Source of the DNA: Selaginella moellendorffii | Lineage: Eukaryota > Plantae > Lycopodiophyta | DNA: 64,000 nucleotides | Assembly (NCBI RefSeq): GCF_000143415.4 | Contig: NW_003314384.1 | Span: 124,001 to 188,000, forward strand | Direction of reading: 5' to 3' | Part shown: piece after piece, positions 23,781 to 36,420 of the stretch | Layout: every line of letters starts with the position of its first letter | Numbering within the stretch: the stretch's first letter is position 1 | Program-made: the position numbers and the translations under genes | Notes under the pieces: model-generated | What the model saw: the letters and a program-made list of their open reading frames with translations, nothing else | Told to the model about the DNA's origin: nothing | Databases searched by the model: none

Positions 23781-25014
23781 ATCGACGTTCTTAAATTTCA
23801 CAAGGAACCAACACTATGTTTTAGAATGACAAAACTAGTTTGTCTACAGCAGGAGGTTTAAGGAGATTGATGATTCCAAAAACCGGACCCATGTCTGGTA
23901 ATTGAAAGCCCAAATATAAGCTCAAGCATCTTCTTACGATAAAGGTGGCAGGGCTGTTACTAAGATTCGTACACTTAAATTTTTTCAGGTGAATAGGGTT
24001 TTGGCGCACCATCACGGAGCGAGATAGTGAGGTGAGCAACATGTTCGTCCGCTGCTTGCCTGCCCACTCCAGGAAGAAGAAGAAGACCACTGAAATTGAG
24101 GATTCAGAGGTGTCGGTGATCGTCAAATTACAAGCTGTGTCCAGGTTTGAAGAGCCTCTTGTTGCTTCGTGACCAGCCAAGCAAGAAGGAAGAAGCAGTG
24201 CTTCCTGGGTGAAAGGGATCCCTGGCTGCCAAGATCAGCCAAGCAAGAAGGAAGGACCACGAGTCGTGGTTACATAATGACGGCAGAAGAAGTCTAGTAT
24301 AATCATGATCGCCCAAGCAACAAGGATGAAGTTCTATGAAAAATCACAGTGCCAATCTAGCAGCAGAATTTTCTAGTGGCAGGAGAAGTGAAGAACATAC
24401 CAAGAGATCCTACTTATGGCACTCATGTCTAGAGACTCAGTTGGTGCAAAAAGTTGTGAAGTTTGCAGAAGTCAAAGAGGGATGTAAGGTGTTTTTAAAT
24501 CCACTTTTATTTGAATTGCAAATCCAACTAACACAGCTAGAAGTGGACTTTGAGATAGATCTTATGTGTGACCTCTACATGCTTCACGAAGCAGTGTTCA
24601 AGAAGAATCGGAACCGAGAGTTTCCCGGACAACAACAGCGGAGTGAGTCCTCGCTGCTTCTGCCTCTGCCGCTGCTAAGCTAATTGCGGATCTGGACCAC
24701 AAGCCATGAGGAAAAGTGTGCTTCCCACCTGACCAAGGTTCGTGACATACTTACACTTTCCTTTACAGTTGGCTAAGAAGCAATAACAGGTAACAGATGT
24801 AGAGAAGAGACCCAAAATACAGACAGGATTTCTTTTGAAGAGGAGCAGCTTCACAAGACAAGAAAGAGAGGTTGAAGGCAATTTTACAAGAATGCTGGGT
24901 GAGCATGAACAAAAACAATGCTGGAGAAACACATGACAGATGTGGTCAAACTTAGATCAAGCCTAGAAATGGACAGGGAATGTCAAGCATGACAACAAGG
25001 GAAGAACACCAACA

Positions 25015-25330
25015 CTAGATAAGCTGCGGACATTTATGAGCACAAAGAAGAAAAGAACTAAGTGGCAAAAGAGCCAAGAAGAAACATGGACGAAGGCTAG
25101 ACATCTATGTAAATGGGGAGAAAAGACACTGTCGAAAGTAGAGTGGGGGAGAAGCTGCGGACATGTATGAGCAAGTCAAGCAAAAAAAAAAAGAAAAACT
25201 GAATGGCAAAAAAACAAAAGCTATGGAGGGACAATTACTGGACAAGCTACAGACATTTATGAGCATGAAGAAGGAAAGAACTGAGTGGCAAAAGAGCCAG
25301 GAAAGGACAAAACATGGACGAATTGTAGAT
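25015..25330 (+). repeat. Three imperfect ~80-bp copies in a decayed region
   Basis: aagctgcggacat(t/g)tatgagca...aact(g/a)a(g/a)tggcaaaa...atgga recurs near 25020, 25152 and 25244. Confidence 0.65.
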
Positions 25331-25787
25331 ATAGACTGCCAGCTAGGATGGTGGATACTCAAAGTTTACTTTGTCACAGTACAAACGAATATTCACCCGT
25401 TCTGCTGTAAGTTCTGAACAAATCATGAAACTCTGTTTTGATCGCATGGAGTCAGTCATAAAAAAAACCAACAAGCTCTCACCTTTCACTCACTGGAAGT
25501 ATGAAAGCAACACTCTTTTTATCTCAACCCTCAAGACAGAGGAAACATTCCAAAGCCAACACCTCGCTTCTAGAAGCAGTCCAGAAAAAAGTGATGGGAC
25601 AAGAGAGAAAGCAAATCGAAGAGAGCTAGAGAACATACGAGGGAGCGACTTGATCTCATTCCCAGTGGCCAAGTCCACCACCGCACCATCGATGTCGATT
25701 GTGTAGCCGCTCCCGAGAACCCAGCACGGTAGTCGCATAACCCCCAACTCGCTTCATCGTGCCCAAGTTGCTGCAAGCGACGAACAC

Positions 25788-26123
25788 GCCCTTAACGGGC
25801 TGTGGCTCGCCCGTTAACTTGATCCAGCTGTTGGTAGCCGTCGGATTGAGTCAGGTTCTCTGTGAGAATTTTACTGTTGTTAACCACATTCTGGAGAACG
25901 TGGCTGACAGCTACCAGGTTCTGGAGAACCCAGCTGCCAGCCGCCAGGTTCTGGAGAATCCTCTCATCCTCTAATAACGCTATTCCACGTGTCCATTAAC
26001 AGTCTTGCCACAGCCCATTAAGGCCGTTCCTGGGCACGGCCTCCCTTGTTCCCTCCAGAACACGCTCGAATGCCCGGCTCGCCCATTCTGGGCGGGAACG
26101 TGCTTGCCCTACCCGGGAACTGC
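25788..26123. mobile_element. Two adjacent small fold-back (MITE-like) insertions in the PPR pseudogene
   Basis: First: ccttaacgggctgtggc (~25790) pairs with gccacagcccattaagg (~26007-26023), with internal ttctggagaa repeats. Second: ggccgttcctggg (~26022) pairs with cccgggaactgcc (~26111-26123). Both are absent from the intact paralog; no TSD is clear. Confidence 0.55.
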
Positions 26124-27281
26124 CTCATCAGAGTTACCTTGTCGGGAACCAGCCCCTAGAGCTCCATTCTGTGGCAAACGCTTTAGATAAAGATGCTACC
26201 ATGGTCGACCAAGTTCTTGAAGAGATTGGTTGCCTCGTCTAGCCTAAACCGTCTTCCAAGTGCTGTAAGTTCGTGAGGGCCGCCCAGTCCGACTGCGTCT
26301 GTCCCAAGATCACCGGAGATGCCGTGGTAAGAGAAAGTTAGGACCATGGTAACCACGTCATGCTGGGCTGCCTTGTTGAAGGTTTGTTTGGCCTTGTCCT
26401 GAGCGTAGGCCATGAGCATGCACTTCGAATGAGGCATCTCATCAAACAACTGCTTCAATTCGATGAGCTTTCCATTCGTGCAACAACTTAGTAACAGGTC
26501 GGTGTAAGCCACGGCACTTCTTCCCAGCATTCTTTCAAAGAGAAGGTTCGCTGTCTCAAAAAGCCCACTTAAGGCATAAGCTTGTACAATAGCATTCCAC
26601 GAGCAGAGATTTCTGTGGGGAGTATTCCTAAAGACAAATGATGCCAAGACTAAGTCTTCCTTTTGTGAGTACGCGCCTATAAGTGTGTTCCAAGCACTGG
26701 AATCTTCGGTGTAAAAGCTCTGTAACATGTGTTTCTCATCTTCTAGATACCCATTTTAAAGGGCATATGCAGAGCCCAAAGAACCCCAAGATTAAGAATC
26801 TATACAAGGCATTCTAGAAAAGATATCTAGAGCTTGTGATAACAAACCGTTGCTACCAAAACTAACAAGCATTATATTGCAAGAGATTAGATTTATTGAA
26901 GGCATCAAAGCAAACATCACTACTGCCTGCTCCATATGCCCATTCTGGGCATGTCCAGCTATCAAAAAAGTCCACGTCAGATCGTTTCTATCGCAGGAGT
27001 GATCGAACAAAGCTTGGGCAGTGTGTTGCTGGCCGACTTGTGAGTTGCCATTTATCACAGCGTTCCATGACACAGTGCTCTTCTCGGGGATGAAATGGAG
27101 CGCTCGCATCGCATGGTTGGGGCAAATCCGGAGACAATAGTAGTGAAGGAGAAGATGCTCCAGCATGGCATTCTCTCGAAACTCTCCCGCGAATCGCCCT
27201 GGGAGGAATCCCATCGATTCCAACAACACAATGTGTGAAGTCCTTGTGTGGCATCCCCTGGAAAAAGAAGACCATGTAGGC

Positions 27282-27872
27282 CATGGTTGGTCCCGGCTGC
27301 GTTTGGCCGAAATCCCGACCGCCGCCAAATGCAGTCGGCCAAACGCGGTTGGACAGCTCTGTTCGGTGATTCCATTCGGCAAAAAAAATGGTGATCGCGC
27401 TAGATTTCTGATGTGATGCGGCTATTGCCATCGCCACTGCATCTCCACTGCTTTGCTGTTCTCCTATTGCTATGGAGAGATTCCACAAATGCCCAGCCTA
27501 GCAAGCCTACATAGAATTTGACGAAGAGGGCTATAGCCTATAGGAGCTGTGTGCGTACCGAGCTCTACAGGGCAACACTCTCCAGCCTCTGCTTTCGATT
27601 GAGCGCAGAGCAACTCACTGAGGCCTCGCAAATCAAATCACCCAGTCCACGACACTTGAAATTTTTGCCCTAAAATGGAAATTCTAATTCTTTGGTTTGG
27701 TTTGGTTTGGTTTAATGCTTTGGTTTGTGGTTTTACTAAAAACAAATTTTTTTTATCAAAAAAATTTTGTGAACCGTTCGGCTGTTCGGCATTTTCACAG
27801 CCGGTCAATAACCACGGTCGGGCGGTCGGGCGGTCGGGCGGTGGACATTCGGAACGGTCAGGACCAACCATG
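27282..27872. mobile_element. Non-autonomous hAT-type element / MITE (591 bp)
   Basis: Perfect 12-bp TIRs CATGGTTGGTCC...GGACCAACCATG. The 8-bp TSD atgtaggc/gtgcaggc derives from gcgcaggc of the intact paralog. Subterminal cggtcggg repeats. Confidence 0.88.
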
Positions 27873-28619
27873 GTGCAGGCTTTGAATTGTGCTGCCTCGG
27901 AGGATGTTGGAGGAGAAGACATTGGGGTTTGGATTTGCAGTGTAGGTGGCCTTGGCATCACCCAAGCTCCCACATTTGCCATATATGTAAGCGATCATGT
28001 TGGAGAGGTACAGGATCTGTGCATGGATCCTCCAAATCTCTGGCCTCGCAGCCCTTGCATGTTGTCCATGTGGACAGTCAGATGAACTCCAAATCTTCCT
28101 TTGGGTGTTGACACTATATTTTATTATCTCCCAATGTTCATAGCTTTGTGGTTATAGTATGCACATTATATTGTTCTATTGTGTAGGGTTATTGGGTTCA
28201 ATTCCCAATCTGCCTCATCTTTTCAAGTCATCCTTTCAAGTAGGGATAGTACAATCCTAGAGTTGCCCTTTAAACATGAACAATGTTTTATAATTTTCCT
28301 TTTTTTAACACTATACAATTTATTAGTGAGAGTGGCTCCCTTTCACAATCACACTAAAGATTAATTGTGTTGAGTTTCTAGGTGTTAAGTTGGATGGATA
28401 TACCATTTTATTATTTTCCTTTTTTTAACACTGTACAATTTACTAAAGATTAACTGTGTTAAGTTGATACTAGATTATAGTAAAGAAGCAAAACCAAACT
28501 TGTAATTAGTGGAATTCATTCTAATAGACTTGTCTTGGAAGTGGCATTGATATTTCTAGTGAATTTGGAGAAGGCACACTTACTGTAAAGGGGTAAAGTG
28601 AACAAAACAACTACTTTGC

Positions 28620-28690
28620 ATCCTCAGTCATCCTGTCCATGCATTGCAATGCATGGTGAATTATTGGTGGATCTTGATTCTTGACAAAAA
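28620..28690 (-). pseudogene. Short inverted fragment of the Yrb30-like gene exon at ~23215-23285
   Basis: catcctgtccatgcattgcaatgcatggtgaa matches the reverse complement of ttcactatgcattgcaatgcatggatggggatg. Confidence 0.55.
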
Positions 28691-29133
28691 AGGACACAAA
28701 GAATTGAAATAGATTTCGAGTGAAAGCTTTTTAAAAGCAAACAAACCAAATATAGCCTAATAGTATGTTGTCAGTCCAAAATGAAAGTTGATAGGAAAAA
28801 GTTATTCATCCATAATTTAGTCTCTCTAAGCCTAATACTTGATTTAGAGTTTAAAGTAATATTTGTTTCATCCAATGAGTTTGCCTAATGTTCAATTCCT
28901 TCTGTGTGAAAAAATATATGAGTGGTTTGTGATCTGTCAACACCATGAACACTACATCATAAAAGTAGTGCTACCACATCCATAAAGCATGAACAATAGA
29001 AAATAACTCTTGGTCATATGTGGAATAGTGTTGCTCCGAGGGATTCAAAGTTTGACTCTCATATGCAATAGGCTGTCCCTCTTGCATGAGAACTCCTCCC
29101 AATGCATAATTACTTGTATCATATGTCACTTTA

Positions 29134-30300
29134 TGTAGCGCATGTGGTTTTGACCCTTTATCCTATGGTGATTTACCATAGGATAACACCACGAAGCGGA
29201 ACATAAACCCTCTTTGTGCCACGTGATAGATGCCACGTGTCACATACCATGTGTTCATGCCATGTGTCCATAGGAACCCGAGGTTCAAGGCCTTGGGCCA
29301 CTGAACGAAGGAACGGTGCCAAACTCCCAAGTGTGATGCCAAGGAGTGATGGAACCGGACCACGGAGCAACTCCCGAGCATATAGCCCAAGGAGTGAAGG
29401 GACAGGAGCCCGGAGCGACTTGGAACAGTCCTGGAGCAACCAGCATCCCAATGCCAGGACCAACACGCAAAACGGAGCCAAACGGAGTCTGGTGCTATTT
29501 CGGCATACCGGTGGCCTAACGTGAGGATATGGGTACTCCACCAGCTAGCATGGAATGGAACTTGGGCTTAGACCCAAGTCGGACGCAGAACAAGGATAGA
29601 CACGCAAGCGGGAGCTAGACTATGCCTCAGGTTGGTCGGCCATGTCCGACCTACCCTCTATCCCTACTATACATTTGGAACCCCCCACAACCCCCCCGGC
29701 CCCTTTCCCCCCCCCCCCCCCCCTTGAGGAACACACGCTTTGGGCTTTCACCCCAAGCCTCCCTTAGTATCAGGAGTTAGTCTCTGGGACAAGCTTGAAA
29801 TTTACTAAATATGGAATGTCCCTACATTGTGAATTTGGACATGGGACGAACACCATTGTGTTCAGACCAATCTCTACATTTCGTAGATATGCCAAATGAA
29901 CAAATCTGGACACTTTCCATAAATAGCATTTGGGACCGAAATGAGACTAACACAAAGGGCATGATAGCGAGGGTGTTTGGCAGACACGGTAAGCTATCAT
30001 GTAGCGATATTGAGGGACCAATCTCAATATCGCGGGGGTTCTTGATACTAGCAAGTGCAAGCCAATGACTCAAGTTTCTCAAACCAAGCCGAGTATGCTC
30101 AGCAAGAAACACATAGGGTTCCTACCTTATGTTTATCTAATCTAAGTGCATGGTCATTGACCAGTTTCTCAACTAGCTCAAGTGGGAACTGATAACGGGT
30201 CCAGCAATACCGACCTCTTGCTATCGTGGCAGTAAGGTAAGAGTGTCCATAAGGACTGGCCGACAGGTAACTTTCGATACCCGAAGTCACATTCGCGACA
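29134..30300. mobile_element. Solo LTR (family A), 1167 bp
   Basis: TGTAGC...CGCGACA termini, perfect 5-bp TSD CTTTA on both sides, homologous to the split copy at 37764-46414. Confidence 0.9.
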
Positions 30301-31359
30301 CTTTATAATGTTTTGATGGATTAGCAATGTAAAGCACTAAAACCTCGCTTAACAATCATTTCAATGCTACAAAACTCTCCTCTTGTGGCTTCTTCCACTC
30401 GAATGGTATGCTCTTGCATAACAATCATGTCAAAGGAATAACCACTTCCACGATAGTAACTAGCTATACTAAGGAAACTATGTAACTTGACCATTATCCT
30501 TGGTGTAGGTTAATTCTCCACCATAACCACCTTCTTTGGATTTGTCTTGACACCTTTAGAAGTTACAATATAACTTAGATATTCCACCTTTGACTTTGCA
30601 AACTCACATTTGCTCTTCTTCATATAAAATTTGCTCTCACAGAATAACAAAAGAACTTTGCACAAATGCACCTAGTGCTCCTCCATATTCTTGCTGAAAA
30701 CAAGAATATCGTTCAAGAAAATCTCCACAAAATCATGAAGATAATGCCTAAATAACTCCATCATCAACTAAGTAAATGTGGCTAGTGCATTTGTCAAACC
30801 AAACAACATAACTATAAACTCAAAATGCCCAAAACTTGTATTAAATGCCGTTTTGGAAATAAATGCATCATCCATTGCAATATGATGATATCCACTCCTC
30901 ATATTAATCTTGGTAAACACTCATGTTTCACCAAGTTTGTCTAAGATATCATTCACATGCGGTATCGGCATTTTATCCTTCATTGTCTTTTTGTTCAAAG
31001 CACGGTAGTCAATGCACATTTGTATTGAACTATTCTTCTTCTTCACAAGCACACCAAATAGAGACTTATTTTGCTGAATAAATCTAAACTCAAGTAACTC
31101 CTTGACTTGTTATTGAACTTCTTACTCCTCTACATAACTTAATTGAAATAAACACCGGTAAATTGGCCGCATCCCCGGCTCCAACATAATAGCAAACAGT
31201 AAGTAACTCAAAAGTGTTTTTCCATTACAACAAGCCCATTTCAAAAATGTAGTAAAGAGCATAACAACTAAAGGTTAAATGCCCTCTCCAAACCACATAT
31301 CTTTAATGTCACCGTACTCCAATGAGACACATTTAATACTCCATTTTATCTCTGGATCC

Positions 31360-34270
31360 CATAGCTTCAAAACACGAACACGGCATTCAATTTTTTGAAC
31401 ACGAACACGGAACACGGAAATGAACACGGATAAACACGGGTGAAAACATGAATATTCTCTAGAATATTCTACTTATCACTCCATCTCATCTAGAAGCTCC
31501 TCATTAGCAGGATCATCATCTTCGTCTTCATCCTCTTCTTCCATAGCTTCAATATCAACATCAGTAATTTGAGGAATACTTCCTGTCTGGCTCAATCCCA
31601 CAAACTTGTCATAGGAAGTGTGGCTCCCTATCAACTTGGTATTATTGGCCACAAATACAAAGTCTGCAATCCAGCTCACTACTAAGCAATTCCTCTTCTT
31701 TGAAGTGATGTGCCCAAAAATGCTGAATAGTCGCTCCACAGATGAGGAAGAACTTGCCTGACTAAGCACTCGAATTGCCAACCTCTGCAAATCTGGACCT
31801 GAGTAGCCATTGTCCTCCCACCACTGCACAGAACCCTTTGTTGTACGATCCATCTGAGAGTCCCCGGTGCCAAAACTACCCTCCAAGTTCCTGTATTGGC
31901 AAAGCTGATTTTTTATAGTTGACCTTTGTTGATAGTTAGGGAACTGGATCTCCAAGTACATGTTCCAATCTTTGGAAACTTCTCTGGATTTTTCCTGTCC
32001 TCGCCCCTGAAACTTTGGATCAAGCATGTATGCCACGGAGTGAAAGGTGCTATGATAAGCCCACCACCTATTTGAAATCAGTTGGTTTAGCTCCTCATAC
32101 CTAAGATTGTTCTCCTCTTGTTGACGGATGTTCTCGCTCATCTGATCCATCCCCTCGTAGACCTTCTCAATCACAGGCACGTCTCCGTCAACCATCTGTA
32201 GCAAATACATCACCCTCCTTGAAACACCCAGCATGTGGTTAACCTCGTTCCAGTATATATTGTTGAACACAATTCCTCGGCATGCTATTCCAGAATCTAT
32301 CCTTGACTCTAGCCTTGCATTGTAAGCATCGCTCACAAACATTTGTTGTAGCTTTGGCCTCAGCTCCACCAATCTCTCCATCATAAGAAAGTTGAAGGCG
32401 AATCGTGTTTCGCTGAACTTCAACACTTGTCGTGAAGAGAAGGATGCCAAAATCGCTACTAGATGCGAATGGTTCCGGAGGAAGCCAACCAGAGTCTTTC
32501 CCTTATCTAGCAGCCCAACCATCCATGGTAGTTTTGCGAAATCCTTGAGAATGTTATTCAAACAATGAGCTAAGCATGGAGCCCACATAATCCTTGGCTT
32601 CCTCGCCTCTAGAAGCCTAGCAGCAGCCTTGTTTGAAGCCTTACCATCCGTGACAATAAGAACAACATTCTCCTCTCCAACAATCTTGATACCTCGCTCC
32701 CATGTCGCAAAAACGTTATCAGCTGTCTTCCCACTAGAAGATATATCAATGGCCTCGAGAAAAGTCGACTGTCCTCTGCTGTATGCAACAAGCCCCATGA
32801 TATGTCAATTTCTTGTGTCATTCCATGCATCAGCAACAAGAGTAACCCCACAATTCTTCCAACGTGCCTTCACCTTGGCAAGTTGAACTTCAAGATTGGC
32901 TTTCTCCACTTGCAACAATTGCTCTCGCAATGCTGTCTCTGTTGGAAGATCGTAGGGAATTCCATGCCTTGCAATCTGCTGCACCATCTCCTTGAAATGG
33001 TGAGAACGAGCTTTCACAAATGGTATGTGCTCGTTCCAGAAAAATCATCCTATAGCCATATCCACTACTTCCTTCCTTTTTGGATCAAAAGAATCTTGGA
33101 TTCCCTGCTGTCGTTGCGAAAAAAACCTGGAAATTCCTTCTACAGAATTGCCACCTAGTGTAGAACTCTAGGAAGCAATAAAACTCTCTCCTCCAGTGCT
33201 TTGGATGCCTTCGACACGTGTAGAAACTGCTCGTTTCTTGCTTTGGTGTTTTCCAGCCAAAACCTGGCCGTCGATGGTTTTAGCCATCTCCCTAAGCTGT
33301 TGTCTCTTCTCTGCTGAGATGACATCACAACTTAAGATTTCATGACCAGCTTCCCCTGTGAGATGTCCCCTCACACGATCCACACCTGAAACTTTGCCTC
33401 TCAACGAACACCACTTGCAAGACCAGCGTCGATGCCCACTACGGCAGTTTGTTTGATCACCAAGGATCACTTCTTCCCACCAAACAGATGATGGATGTCG
33501 CCCTGTTGAAGTCCTCCTACTCTGGCTCCCAGATGCCATCACTCAGCTCAACCTCTAAAATCCTGCACCTGCTTCTACTCCAATCCACAATCACTCAGTC
33601 CAACCTCTAAAATCCCACACCCTACTGCTGCTCCAATCCACAATTGCTCAGCCTCTAAAATCCCACACCCTGCTCTTGTTCCAATCCACAATTGGTCATG
33701 CCCTCTGCCTAAAAAATTTTTGAAAAACTCAAAATTTTAGAATCACGCCATCAATAACACAATTGCAACGCCAAGCAACTAAGAATCACAGCAATCTACA
33801 AAGATGCAGTGCCAAGTAGCTAAGAATTATGGCAGAAGCAATCCAAGGAGAAAATTTGGGAGAGAAAATCTACAAAACTGGAGACAATGATCAAGAATTT
33901 TTTGCAGCGAAATCAGACGTGGCTGAGCGCCATTCCTCCCACTCCAGCACTAGAATCCTAGAGAGGGCATTCCCAGCCCAAGAAAATTGCCATAGATTGC
34001 TGGAAAAACCTTTTGATTGATTGCAGGAATTTTTGATTGATCTCAAGACAAGAAAACATCAAAGTGCAAAATGCTCACGTGAACCACGTGAGCTATTGTT
34101 TTAGAACACGGAGTGGTCACACGGTATTTGACCATGTTTCAACCGTGTTTGGAGCCGTGTTTTGGAGCATTGACCGAGTCAATGAACACGGCCCGTGTTA
34201 ACACGGCTGGGGGCCGTGTTCGTGTCACCACGCCAACACGCCATGGTGCACAGCGTGTTTTGAAGCACTG
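31360..34270 (-). mobile_element. Full-length hAT DNA transposon (2911 bp)
   Basis: TIRs CATAGCTTCAAAACACG / CGTGTTTTGAAGCACTG (15 of 17 match), perfect 8-bp TSD CTGGATCC, subterminal aacacg repeats. Confidence 0.95.
31476..33542 (-). pseudogene. hAT transposase (BED finger, DUF659-type core, dimerisation domain) with three nonsense codons
   Basis: One continuous frame: WSCKWC...RVRGHL, TLVADAWND, VTDGKA, PCLAHCLN, ETRF, LRVLSQASSSSSVERLFS-type C-terminus. Stops at 33168, 33045 and 32805. Confidence 0.92.
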
Positions 34271-35214
34271 CTGGATCCACCTTCACCAACCATGGCATCC
34301 CAAGAATGAGATCCACATGATAGATATCTGCGAAATAAAAAGTCTCCACAAGTGTGATTTGTTAACCAACATTTCCAACCCCTCTACATAACCATTGAAA
34401 TGCTGAGTAAAGGTAGCTAAACTTTCCACCGTGTATGGAAGAACTCCTCGTGTCACCAAGCCATGCTCCACAATAACCTTTGCTGAAACAAAGTTGTCAT
34501 CGCTTCCACTATCTAATAAAATCTACATTGGACCGCCACGAAAACACGCCCTTCAGCATTAAAGCTGATTCATGAGTATCCTCAAGCTCCATCTTGCTCC
34601 ATACACAATTGAGTTGATGAACAATAATCGAAAGCCTCTTCCTCTGACTGAAATGATCATCCCCGTCATCCTCACCTTGCAAAGTTTACAACTTTTTAGT
34701 ATTTAACTTACTGTCAATAGCAGATTGGCCATTCCTCTTGCCCTGCTGCTTGTTCTTTAGTTGTGAATAGTATCTAAATTCGCCACAATGATGACAACCC
34801 TATCTATAATTTTTCATAAAGAACTTTTGCACTAAACCTAATACTCAATGACAAGCTCATTACTACTAAAGTGATGAAAGGACACTTGTGTTGCTATCTC
34901 TTTCAATAAATTTAAAGCTGGGAAATTATAACTTTGATTGTTTCTCATCTCTTAGTATTACAAAAGCCTCAAAACTCTCAAAGTGATAATCTTAAAACCT
35001 ATAGACATCCTACCAAATTTATAATAAATCTATAAGAAATAAATGAAAGAAGATTGGTGCACTATTATAGATTCTATTGCTCAATTGAGTGTCCAGACAT
35101 TCTTAAGCATATGGAAAAAGGAGATAAGATCAAAGGTTAATTTTGGGATAGCTAGCAAAAATACATTCAAACCATAGACTAATTCACCTATCTTGCCTTA
35201 TATAAATCTTGAGA

Positions 35215-35442
35215 AAATACCCATTTTACCATACATGGAAATGGCTATAGATATTATATCATTACTAAAGTTGGAAGAGGATGGAATTTCTTTAGCAAAT
35301 TTGATGAATACTAGCTATTTGGTTATATATTTTATTTTTATTTATTATTTTCTCACTCACAACTTTTATTCAGTAGATTTGGAGTGCTAAAAGTAGGAAT
35401 GTTTTTCTGAGCTTCCAATTGAACTTTTATGAATATGAAACA
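35215..35442 (+). pseudogene. Decayed exon-intron-exon fragment of the Yrb30-like gene (copy of ~22475-22700)
   Basis: ILPYMEMAIDIISLLKLEEDGISLANLMNTSYL versus ILPYMAMAMNAVSLLKSEEDGISPARLMDASYL. The intron is retained, followed by ...tttatgaatatgaaac. Confidence 0.88.
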
Positions 35443-36189
35443 TCAATGACTTGCAAGGACGATGTGATTTAACTTCAAATAACTAAGTTGGACATCACTA
35501 TCCTCAGCCAAGGCATAGGGCCACCAAGACCAAGTCAAAATCAATGAGAGCTCATTACTCTTATAAAGTTTAATAAAATGCAAGATATAGCCTACCACAA
35601 AGCACAATGCTACATAAGAAAGGCACAAATGTCACTTTTCTAGAAAAACACAATAGTTACATTTTTACACCAATTTTAGACTCTATCCAACTAAATTGCC
35701 TTAGCCCCAAAAGTTAACATCCTTTTCGGGTTGCATCATACAAATTACCTACTAAGGTCTAAGTTAACCAAAGTCAACTCTAACCCCTTCACTAGTTTGT
35801 ACTAGCTTACAAAATGGAATGGTTTTCGGGCAAAGTGATCAATAGATCAATTATTAGAAAAGCCTAAGAAAATTTGTGGAAAATTTTCTATCCTAAAGAA
35901 AGAATGACTCTCAATTTAGGAATATAAACTTTCAAGACTCAACCAACTTCCTCTTACTAACAACTTCACATAAGTTCACCTCAACATAAATTCTCAAGAC
36001 CCATAGTATGCTTAAGCTTCGAACATCATGCCCATATTTCTGATATCCAACACTGACATCCATAAAATATAAAATAAACATCTAAAGCTTAATCACGAAG
36101 ACCACATCTTTGGATATTCACATTGCAATTAACACTTTTCTTCAATCACTTTCAAGACTCAATGTGAAGCCAAAACATTAACAAAAAAA

Positions 36190-36420
36190 ATGACATGGAA
36201 AATCAAGCTTTAAGGAAAATTCCTCATCACTTGAAATAACAATACCACATCCACTAACACAAATATTAGCGATGTTAATACCTCAACTTTACACCTTCTC
36301 CATCCAACAATCTATTCCAAGTGCTAACGGATAAACCAATAAGTTATAGCAAGTGAATGCTATAACCCTTTTCAACATCTTAATGGGTAAACCCTTAAGG
36401 AAATAAGGTACCAACTTAAA
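36190..36420 (+). mobile_element. Possible highly eroded non-LTR (LINE) reverse-transcriptase remnant
   Basis: DMENQALRKIPH and TLFNILMGK resemble the LINE RT motifs D.EKAFD.IPH and P.LFNI; very AT-rich and degraded. Confidence 0.25.

Larger units (their letters stand above)
25733..28181 (-). pseudogene. Inverted, deleted and MITE-interrupted copy of the PPR gene at 47310-49091, including ~150 bp of its upstream DNA
   Basis: Translated pieces match the intact gene (EKS.VSWNAVING.S.VGQQHTA.ALFDHS, FYTED.SAWNTLIGAYSQKEDL, RNTPHRNLCSWNAIVQAY). 28081-28181 matches the reverse complement of ~47155-47270. Many micro-deletions and frameshifts. Confidence 0.92.
28810..34780 (-). mobile_element. Degenerate Ty3/Gypsy pol remnant (protease-RT-RNase H), interrupted by a solo LTR and a hAT element
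   Basis: Protease ILLDSGSDDNFVS (~34490-34525) and ILGMPWLVKVDP|[55 protein letters not shown]. RNase H DTSNYALGGVLMQEGQPIAYES...TDHKPL. Many stops. Confidence 0.9.

Noticed and set aside
23900-25730. Protein-coding gene in the K/E-rich short ORFs
   Set aside because: Fragmented, no consistent splice pattern or recognisable family; treated as decayed sequence.
32805-33170. Stops in the hAT transposase repaired by RNA editing or read-through
   Set aside because: Nuclear locus; PPR-mediated editing is organellar, and methyl-C deamination explains all three stops.
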